NCBI GenBank assembly: GCA_964604995.1
Contig: CAZSAD010000009.1
Coordinates: 1 to 52,150, forward strand
DNA: 52,150 nt
Source: an uncultured Methanosarcinales archaeon
Lineage (GTDB): Archaea > Nanobdellota > Nanobdellia > Woesearchaeales > JABMPP01
Direction: 5' to 3'
Part shown: positions 19,355-31,400 of the stretch, piece after piece
Layout of the letters: every line of letters begins with the position of its first letter
Position numbering within the stretch: position 1 is the stretch's first letter
The notes under the pieces: model-generated
Databases searched by the model: none
Told to the model about the DNA's origin: nothing
The model's input: the letters and a program-made list of their open reading frames with translations, nothing else
Position numbers and translations under genes: made by a program

Positions 19355-19416
19355 TAAATTAATTAAAAAATGACTGAAAAATTCAAATAAATTTTATTTA
19401 ATAAAAGGTTTAATCC

Positions 19417-22400
19417 ATGAACAATAAAACAAATAAAAAATCAAAATTGGAATTAATACAAAAATTAAAAAAAATATTTTTTGTATCTATCCCTATCTTA
19501 TTGCTAGTAGTTTTTTCTATCTTTACCCTCTTTATACTCTTTATGCCTTATTCATATTCTCTGGCAGCTCCAAATTCACAGTTTGATATTTCAAGTAACA
19601 ATAACAACAATAACAACAATGCATTAATAGGAAGTTCAAGTGGAAATTTTGCTTATGCAAGAAACGCATATTATGATATTGGTAATATAGTTGAAATCAT
19701 AGCAAAATCTTCTAAAGAAGATACACTTCTTGAAGTAAGTGATGGCAATCAAGTTTATTCCTTTTTAGGGCAAGTATCAAATAGTATTTATTTTGAACCA
19801 AGAAAAGAAGGAAATTACACTATCAGTTTATACGATTCAAACGGACAACTTTTACATCAATCTTATTTTTTTGTAGGACATGTTGGAACTATCCCTGATC
19901 CTAAGTTATATCAAAAATCACAAGATTATTCTGCTTCACAAAATACCAGTTCACAAAATATCAATTCTCTAAATGAAATATCCAATTATCAATTAAATTT
20001 TAATAACCAAAGTAATAATCAAAATAAATTTAAAAAATCCGTATTTTCTGATTATGGTAAATATTATTTGGGGGATAATGTCAAAATAAAAGTTGCATCG
20101 AATGTAGGCGATGTTTTTGTTCAAGTTATGGATGGTTTTTCCATATACCAATTTCTAGGAACTTCAAATGATGAATTGATCTTTATTCCTCAAAATCCAG
20201 GAAATTACAAAATACAGGCAAGTGATACAAATGGAAATTTAATCGGTGAAGATAGTTTTATTGTTGTAGAAAAACAAGATTCAACTAATTTAGGCACTAA
20301 TTCAAATAAAGCTAAACTTGTTTTTGATAATAGTAGCAATGGATTTACTATTGTTGTTCCAGATTTTGAAATAAATCAAACAGAAAAAAATAATCTGCAA
20401 AATGAAGATTTAAACTTATCAGAAGCAAATCAAATCAAATTCTCTGATTTTAATGAACATAAAAATCTTAAAAAAATTCAGTTAAAAGATTCAAAAAATG
20501 CCGAAAAACAATTTGCAATTTTAGTTATTGATTCACAAACAAAAATCGAATTAGACCCTTCCTTAGCAGAAAATGAGAGTAGAATTGTAGATGTTATTTA
20601 TCAAATTAAAAATAAATCAAAAAATTTACAGCAAGACAATCAAAAAATAAATTTTAATGTAGATAATAACCCAGAAGATATTGATAACATAGATAACATA
20701 ATTATATTTGATGCAAATCTAAGTAACCCTTTGAATATAAAATACGATAAAATTACAAACAGAAAAAAAATTAGTGATAAAATTGGCATTAAAAAAAATG
20801 AAATTTTAGAAAAAAGCTTTTTTATTGATCCAACAAATGCAGATTTTAAAAAAGGAACTTTCCAATTTACAGCAAAAGGATTTGCACTCTATAAATGTGC
20901 AAATTTTAATTCTTCATCGCAAGAATGTTTAGGCAATTGGGATAAATTTGCAAATCTAAAACCTGGTTTAGATTATATAATTGAATTTAATTCATTAGAT
21001 CCAGGGTATGCTGAAATTGGTCTTTCAGTTATCAATACAAATAAAGATGCATACTATCAAAATGAGAAAGTATCAATATATGTTGGTGTTTTAAATCAAT
21101 TTGGCTATCCGGGAAAAGATGCAAAAGTAAACATCACAATAATTTCTCCTGATTCTTCTTCATATTTTTATTCAACTGAATATTCAAACATTTACGAAAA
21201 CGGTTCACTAAATTTAAATGCAGTAAATTATCTTGGCATGGGCGAATTCACAGTGGAATTTGACCAAACAACTTTGTTTGGAAATTACACAATATCTGTT
21301 ATTGCGCAAGGTTTAGATTATCAAAATAATTACACTTCTTATTTTACAGTACAAAATAATCTGCCTTATCAAATTGAAAGAATTATTCCATCAGTTATTA
21401 ATCCATGGCATGGTGCTTTCAAAGCACAAGTGCATATTGTTGATTATACTAGTAATGGAATTTACAAATATATTGAAATACTTCCAAATGATTCAATTAT
21501 TATAGATTCACAAAATGGTATTGTAACAAACAACAATCAAAATACTTACATCACTTGGAGCAATTTACAAAATAATCAATTCTTAGAATATACAATTCAA
21601 GCACCACTTATTTCTCCATCTATTTTTGAAATTGGCCCATCAATTATTGTATCCCCTGATAATATTAGTAATATTTTGTACGCTGAAGCTAGAACTTGGC
21701 ACATAGCATCAGATGCGGCTACTGATTTTAGATTAAATGAAACAAAAAATCAAAGCTTTACAACTCTTGGAAATAATATTTCTTATGGCACAAAAGATAA
21801 TGTTGAAAATAATGTTGCAGTTTCGGTTTCAGCATCATCAAACAATAACAAAATACTTGGTATTTTTGCAAATCAATCTTATTTTGGTTCTCCATTATTC
21901 ATAAGTTCAGCATCTTCGTTTTTCTTTTCTGGTACATTTAGTAGTTCAAGAGCCAGTCAGCAATTCATTAAATGGGGTATTCAACAAATATCCTCTTCAG
22001 GAAGCAGAACTAATATTTGCAACACATCTGAAGTTGCAATAGGTGCATTAAATAATGTAAGATATAATTTAACTGGTTCATGTTCCCCCACTACAGATAT
22101 TTATCTTGCACCTAATGAATTACTTTATGTTACAATTTATGATAGAAATTCAAGGACACAGACAGTAACTGTAAGTCATTTTTGGGATATTAATGGCACT
22201 CCATCTTATGTTGATTTTTCAGGAACACTTTTAGGAGATCTTAGCACCAATATAACTACACCCTCAGCAAATATTAGTGCGATAACTGGAGATAATATAA
22301 TTGCAAAATGCCAAGTGAATTGCACAGGAGGGGATTGTTTAAATGTAAATGTATTTTTGTTGATTAATACTTCAGCGACATCTTGGAGACCAATCAATAG

Positions 22401-25400
22401 CACTAATGGGAATCTTTTATTAGCATCTGGTAGCAATCCTCAAACAATAAGTTCTTTAACTGATGGTCAACTCTTAACATTTTCACTTACTGCAAATGCA
22501 GTTAGTAATGTTCTTGTAAAATGCAATGCATCTTCTAATTATTCTAATACTAATTCTTCAACAGAAGGAGAATACAAGAGAATAAATATCTCAGCGCCAA
22601 ATCTTCCTCCAGATATCCAATTAATAACTGATGGTCCATCAAGTAATATCACTCCAACACAGTCTCCAAATTCTGTAGTTTTCACAATGAATGCAACAGA
22701 CAATAATACTGATTCATATTATCTTCTTGTTTGTTCAACAAATTTAACAACAGCTGGGGGTGCATGTATTGATGAGCAGATTTGCGTTTCTGCATATACT
22801 CTTCCTTCTTTATTCTCATCTTGTAGCAAATCAACATCAGGTTTATCAGGTTCATATAATTGGTATGCATTTGCATGCGATTCACAAACTTGTTCAAATC
22901 CAACTAACGGAACTGGTGTAACAGGATCTCCATATTATGTAAACAATCTTCCAACTTTTGATGGCATTAATGCGAATGATACTTTATTAAAACAAGGTCT
23001 TTTTGTTAATTTAACTTCAATTAATGCAAATGATTTAGAAAATAATAATTCATTAAGATTACAATGCGGAGATGTTTCTAAAAATTATAATTTGTGCTTA
23101 GGTTCTTTTGGTTTCCCTCAAAGAAGTTGCATTTTTAATTTTACTTATAGTGACAATGCTGGGCACACAATTTATTGTGCATTAAATGATACTTATAATA
23201 TTTCTTCAGAGCAAACTATTATTTTAACAGCAGATAATATTGCTCCTTCAATTTCATCTCCACAAATAAACATTACTCCTTATATTTTCCAAAGTAGCAA
23301 ACTATTGTTAATCAATATAAGTGCAACTGATAGCAATGGAATATCAAATGTTACAGTTGGAAATACCTCTATAAAAGGAATGTCGCAAATTCCATCATCA
23401 GATTTCTGGGCAATAAATACAACACTTGGTTCATTAGGTTGCAATCAAACAAATTCAAATTGCACACTTATTTTTACAGCATATGACCCAGCATCAAATA
23501 CAAATACCTTATCTCTTCAAATAACAATTGATAATGTTACACCTTCAGTTACAAATCCGCAGATAAATGATTCAGATAAAATAACAAGAAAAGACAAAGA
23601 TTTGCAAATTAATATTACTATAGTAGATACAAATCAAATTGTAAACGTCACAATATTTAATGAAACAACTTTGCAAATGGTATCTATTGGAAATTCAAAA
23701 TACCAAATAAATACTACATTAAATGCACTTGGATGCACTGCATTAGATTCTAATTGTACTTTAACATTTTTAGCATTAGATATTGCAGGAAACATAAATT
23801 CAACAACAACTCTTGGAATAATCGTCGATGAAATAAATCCATCAGTTACAAATCCACAATCAAATAAGACTATTACTAGAAGAGACAATTTTATAAAAAT
23901 TAATATAACGATAGATGATACTAATAATATAGCTTCAATATCTATATTCAATAATTCTGCAGTATCAATGATAAGAAAAGATGTATCCAATGTTTGGGAG
24001 ATTAATACTACATTAAATGCACTTGGATGCATTGCAACTAATGGTCCTTGTAATTTAGTTTTTAATGCAACAGATGTAGCAGGAAATATTAACAGCACAA
24101 CTTATTTCACAATAATTTCAGATGAAGTAATTCCTTCAATTTCATCTCCACAAATAAACATTACTCCTTATATTTTCCAAAGTAGCAAACTATTGTTAAT
24201 CAATATAAGTGCAACTGATAGCAATGGAATATCAAATGTTACAGTTGGAAATACCTCTATAAAAGGAATGTCGCAAATTCCATCATCAGATTTCTGGGCA
24301 ATAAATACAACACTTGGTTCATTAGGTTGCAATCAAACAAATTCAAATTGCACACTTATTTTTACAGCATATGACCCAGCATCAAATACAAATACCTTAT
24401 CTCTTCAAATAACAATTGATAATGTTACACCTTCAGTTACAAATCCGCAGATAAATGATTCAGATAAAATAACAAGAAAAGACAAAGATTTGCAAATTAA
24501 TATTACTATAGTAGATACAAATCAAATTGTAAACGTCACAATATTTAATGAAACAACTTTGCAAATGGTATCTATTGGAAATTCAAAATACCAAATAAAT
24601 ACTACATTAAATGCACTTGGATGCACTGCATTAGATTCTAATTGTACTTTAACATTTTTAGCATTAGATATTGCAGGAAACATAAATTCAACAACAACTC
24701 TTGGAATAATCGTCGATGAAATCCCACCTTCAGTAAAAAATATTTCAATTAATAAAACAAATAATTATGTCAGATCAAATCTTGCAATAAATTTTACATC
24801 TAATATAACTGATACCAATACTGTTTCATCTGTATTTTTAAATAATTCAGCAATGTCAAAATATAGTTTACTATGGAACTTAACAACAACTCCTGCAACA
24901 TGGGGATGCACAAATGGACTTTGTATTTTATTTATAACTGCAACAGATGTCGCTGGAAACATAAACAATACAGTTTCAATTAATTTTACTGTTGATGATT
25001 TTGCCCCATCAATTCAAATAAATTTTCCATCAGATAATTCTAATTTTTCAATAAATTCTACAAATATTAATTTTACAGTAACTGATAATTTAGTAAATAA
25101 TTTAACATGTAATTTAACATTGGATAGTAGGGTAAATAACACTAACCCCATTTATGCGATAAATGGAACTTTTACAAATTATACTTTTGTTGGATTAACT
25201 GAAAGTTCACATTCTTGGAATATAACATGTTGGGACTACACTCCTAATTTTAATACAACAATTAGTAGAATATTTAGAACTGATTTAAATCCACCGACGG
25301 TAAGTTTAGTTAATCCTGGGAATAATTCAGTTATAAATCTAACAAATACTTTTGATTTCCAGTACAACGTAACAGACAGAATGTCTACAATATCTAGCTG

Positions 25401-28400
25401 TTCATTATATGTAAATAGCACATTTGATACAGGTCCAGATTTAACAGTTAGTAATAATATCACTCAAAATTTTACAACAACTCTTGCAAACGGTGCTTAT
25501 AATTGGTATGTCAATTGCACAGATGCAGCGGGCTATATCGGAATTAGTCCAAGATTTAATATCAGATTTAATATCACACTAGATATTACCCCTCCAGATG
25601 TTAATTTAGATAATCCTCCAAAAAATTATTATAAAAATTCTTCAAACATTACTTTATATTATTCAGCCTACGACCCATTTTCTGGAATTAAAAATTGCTC
25701 ACTTATTTTAAATAATTTACGTAATCAAACTAATACTTCATATGTTAATTCAACTCCAAATTCTAATAATTTTACGCTTGTAAATCTTCAAAGTGGAACT
25801 TATAATTGGACAGTTAATTGTACAGATAAAAGTTCTAGAAACAATACGGGAAGTGCAGCAAATGGTCCATTTAATTTTACAATTGATACAATTTTACCAA
25901 CAGCTTTTAATTTATCTTTACCATTAAATTATTCTATAAGTTCTAATCTATCACCTACATTTATTTGGAATACTACGACTGATATCAACTTTGCAAACTA
26001 TACTTTAATTATTGACAACAACTCAGATTTTTCTTCTCTTGAATTTATAAATTACACTTATTCTTCATCTTCAAATATAATTTCAGTTTTAATAAGTGCA
26101 AATAAAATATGGTTCTGGAAAGTTAGAGCATATGACTTAGCATCAAATTACAGGGATTCAAATGGATCTTTTATTTATATAACTGATACAATAAATCCTG
26201 TTGTAAATTTAATTTATCCACAAGACGCTACATGGAATAAAACTTATTCAATAAATTTATCATATCAACCATCAGATAGTTATTTGAAAAATTGTTCACT
26301 ATGGTCTAATTTTTATGGCACATGGCAACAAAATATTACAAATACAACTCTTGTAAATGGTTTACCTAATTATTTTTATAATCGTTTAGTTCCAAATGGT
26401 TTATTTATTTGGAACGTTTTATGCTTTGATAATGCATCAAATTCTGCTTTTGCAAATTCAAATTTTACATTATACATTGATACAACTCCTTCACAAATTG
26501 CACTAAATTATCCAAGTAATAATTCAAATTTATCAACTTCTTTTATCAATTTTAATTTTACATTTATAGACGCACTTTCGCCTTATGGTAATTGTAGTAT
26601 ATTACTAGATAATTCCATTAATGTTACAAACATCACTTCTTCAAATAATAGTTATACAAATTATACAATTAATGGGTTATTGGAAGGTTCGCATAATTGG
26701 CAAATAAATTGTTCAGACCTTGCAGGAAATTTTAATTTGTCTTCAAAATATTCTTTTTTAATTGATTTAACTTCTCCAACTGTTAACATTACCCTCCCCA
26801 CAAATTCTACAGTGTACAGTTCGCCAAGAATAGTAACTTTTGCATACATTCCAAATGATACCTTAAGTAAATTAACAAGTTGTTATTTAATTTTAAATAA
26901 TCAGGAAAATATTAGTAATTTATCTATTTCAAAAGGGCAAGTAAATAATTTTGTTACATATGTCGATAGTGGCAATTATAATTGGAGTGTAAATTGCACA
27001 GATACTGTTGGTCTTGTTGGTTCTTCACAAATATTTGAATTAACTCTTCAGCCACCAAGGTATATCAATCCTTCTTCACCAGTTTCAGAATTGCAAGTTG
27101 ACAGGGACAAAGTAAATCCAGATGCAGTTGATAATCTAACTTTTATAGCATCATTATCGGATTTAGCCTCTGGAGTAACAGTTACTTTCAAAGCTAATTT
27201 GACAGATCCTATTATTTCAGGTATAACGACTTATACTCTAGGAACTGCAATTAGCAATTCAACTGGTTTTGCATTAATTAATTTTTCAGGAACTGATCAA
27301 ATTTCAAATAAAATTTATGCTGGAAATTATACTTGGTGGGCAGAATCTTCAGAATACATAATGAACTCAACAAGAACTGTTCTAGTTTATGGTGGATTGA
27401 ATCTAACATTTAGATTTGATGGCGAACTTCCAGATTTGTATTATGGACAAAATAGTACTGCATATTTACAAGAATTTTTAAGATCATTTGGTCCAGAAAG
27501 CGATTCACAGATTAATGGAACTTATCTAGCAAATGTTAATCTTACATTTACAGCTCCAAATAGTACAAATTATACTGTAATTTTAATTGATCCTGAAATC
27601 CCCTATCCATCACAAAATACTAATCAACAAATAATACCTATTATCAATCAGCAAAATACCAATCAACAAATTAATTTACAAATTGATAATTCAAAAAAAA
27701 TTGAAAATACAAAGAACGAAAATACCAATAAAATAGTAACAGAAAAATCCAATGAAAAATTAATTGTAATTAATCCAAAAAAATCTTCTTATGCTCCAGG
27801 AGAAAATGCAGAAATATTAATCGGAATTATTGATGAATATGGTAAACCAGTTGATTCTGCAAATTTCAAAATATTTATTATAAATCCCGGTAATGACTTC
27901 AATAATAATTCTAATAGTAAGTATAACAATGATTTTATTGAACTTAATTATACTCAAGTTTCTGCAGGAACTTATAGATCTAATTTTGAAATACCAAAGA
28001 TTACAAAATCAAATTATAATCTTATAGTAGTTTTAGAAAATATTGCAAATTTAAAATTGATTCATGTAAAAAAAGAACAAACTCCATTTATACAAAAATC
28101 AACTCCGGCAATTGTTGATCCATGGAAAAATAAAATTCCTTCAAAAACTTATTTAGGTGGAAATTTTACAAATGTGACATTTTATGAAAAATTACCTTCA
28201 GGTTCAGTTGCAACTGATTATGGAACAGGCAAAAACTTTTCTAAAGACAATGATAATTTTATTTACTGGGAAAATATCAATACTGGTTTTTGGGCAGAAT
28301 ACATTTTAGAGTTGCCAAAACAAACTCCAAAATTAGTAACTACTCAATCTTCACTTTTATCTAACACTGGAAAAGAAATAGCCTATTTTACATGGGACTA

Positions 28401-31400
28401 TGCATTAGATCCTTCTACAACTTTTACCATAAATGAAACAAGTGGTCAAAGTTTTACAACTCTTAATAACAATATTTCTTATGGCACAAAAGATAATGGA
28501 GAAAATAATGTCGCAGTTAGTGTTTCAGCATCATCAAGCAATAACAAAATACTTAATATTTTTGCAAATCAATCTTATTTTGGTGCGCCATTATTTGTAA
28601 GTTCAGCATCTTCATTTTTCTTTTCTGGAACATTTAGTAGCAACAGAGCTACTCAAGAATTTATCAAATGGGGAATACAAAAAATTACAATATCAGGAGA
28701 GAGGATTGATCTTTGTAATACTTCAGAATCTGCAATAGGTGCAACTAATAATTTAAGATACAACAAAACTGCTTCTTGTTCACCACCAACTGATATTTAC
28801 CTTTTAGAGAATGAATTGCTTTATGTTACAATTTATGATAGAAATTCAAGAACAGGTGCAGTAACAGTAAATCATTTCTGGGATATTAATGGCACTCCAT
28901 CTTATTTATCTTTTGATGGCACTTTACTTGGACAATTAAGTGCAAATATTACATCACCAGTTACAACACAAACAAAAACAGAAGGAGATTTATTTACTGT
29001 AACATGTGCTTATAATTGTACTGGAGGAGATTGTGTAAATAGCAATATCTTAATGCAAGTAAACACAACTAGTAGTTGGGTTGATATAAATGCAACAAAC
29101 GGTAATATAATTTTAGATAGTGGTCAAACAAATCCAATTTTTGTAAATGAAATAACAACTTCTGGGGGTTCAAGTGTATTCTCATTAAAAGCAAATGTTA
29201 ATTCATCAAATAGAATTAGATGCATTGCAACTTCAGTCTATTCAAATTCAACAACAATTGGTATGCAAGAAACAATTATCAATATAAGAGCTCAAAATAC
29301 TCCCCCACAATTTACCTCTGGTCCAAGTGATAATAATTCTAATAGTTTATATCCAACACAATCTCCAGATTATGTTACATTTACAGCAACAGCAGTAGAT
29401 GTAAATAATGATTTGTACAGTTTAAGAGTTTGTGAAATAAATGCAACAAATCCAATTACTTGCAATGGTCAAACAATTTGTGCATCTTCTTTTGTTGCGT
29501 CCGGAACAAGTACCTCTTGCTCGGTTGCAACAAATGGAAAATCTGGAAATTATACTTGGTATGCATTTGTTTGCGATGATTATGCTTCCAATTGTTCAGC
29601 TGCAAATCAAGGAATTGGAATAAATGCAAGTCCTTATTATGTTAATAATAATCCAACATTAACATCAATTTCTGCATCACCCTCTCGGGTTAAATTAAAT
29701 TCACCAATTACAGTTACAACTATTGGAGCAGTAGATTCAGAAAATGATTTATTAAGATTACAATGTGGGGATTCATCTGGACTTACAAACTTATGCATTG
29801 GAACTTATGGTACAGGACAAAGAACTTGTGATTTTTCTTCTCTTTGGGATGATAATCTAGTTCATACAATTTATTGTTCATTAAATGATTCATTTTCTAT
29901 TTCATCGGAATATACAACAACAATTACAGCAGATAATATTGCACCGCAAATAAATTTAACTTGGCCAAATAATCAATATGCATCTACAAATCATTTACTT
30001 TCATTTTATTATTCAGTTGCAGGAGCTCCTCTTGCAATTTGTCAACTCTATGGGAATTTTAATGGTGTTTATAGTTTGAATGAAACTAACATTGCACCTC
30101 TTGAAAATACAAATCTTAGTTTTGGTCAATTTAATTTGCAAAATGGTAATTTTCTTTGGAACATATTTTGTAATGATACAGCAGGAAATGGAAACTTTTC
30201 AGCAACAAATCTTAGTTTTACAATTGATTCAATTCCACCAATTGTGAATTTGCAAAGTCCAAGTATAGATTATCATGAATTAAATTCTAACATTATTAAT
30301 TTTATTTTTAATACTAATGATGTATTAAGTGAAGTTTCAAATTGCTCCTTAATAATAAACAACAACATAAATGGTTCAGCTCTAACACCTATTGTTGAAG
30401 ATGCACCTCAGCAAATAACAAGAACATTGGATGATGGAAACTATAATTGGAGTATTAATTGTACTGATTCATTAGGAAATACTGGAAATTCTACAACATA
30501 TAACCTAACACTTCAAGTAACAGATATGCCTCCAAGTGTTATTTTATTATTCCCACAAAATAAAACTTACACCAACAATAATAATATGACTTTTCAATAT
30601 TATGTAAATGATGATAGAGGACTTTTAAATTGTAGTTTAATTTTAGATGGTCTAACAAACATAACAAACACAACTCCAATTGTATTGGATCAAACAAATA
30701 ATATTACTGCAACATATCTAAGTCAAGGAATACACAATTGGTCAGTTAGTTGTATGGATACATCACACAACATTGTAACACCTTCAAGCTTAAGACTTTA
30801 TACTGATTTTACAAGTCCAGTAGTGAAGATTGAATCTCCACCAAATGGAGCAACATACAATTTATCAGACAGAGTTCCATTAATCTTTAATGTAACAGAT
30901 TCATTTGGTGCATCATTAATAAGTAATTGTTCAATTTATATAAATGATTCATTGGAAAAAACAATTTACAATATAATCCAAGATTCAAGTCAAACAATTA
31001 TCCATACTTTATCAAATGGGGCATATCTATGGAATGTCTCTTGCTTTGATACTGCAGGAAATTACAATACTAGTGAAACATTTTACTTAAGGGTAAATTC
31101 AACTCTAAAAATATGGAATGGTAGTTTTGATATTGGTTCTAAACAGCAAGGTGTATGGAATTTATCATCAACAGCAAGTGCTAAATGGTTTTATCCAATT
31201 GCAACATCTCCTACATCCTCTTCTAGAAATTTAACTTTGGATTTATCTCCTCCAAACATAACTTTAATTTTTCCTCTTAACAACACAAATACAACTAATA
31301 CAATAGTAACTTTTGTATTTAATGTATCAGATACACTTAGTAATATTAGTTCATGCTCTTTAATAATAAATGGAACAATTTATCAGACTAACACTTCAAT

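Noticed and set aside
19597..19620. AAC/AAT tract (poly-Asn) as a phase-variation switch
   Set aside because: It is an impure trinucleotide repeat, and slippage would keep the reading frame.
21750..28670. Diversity-generating retroelement template/variable repeat pair
   Set aside because: Differences between the copies are not adenine-specific, the 591-bp repeat shows no differences, and no reverse transcriptase is present.
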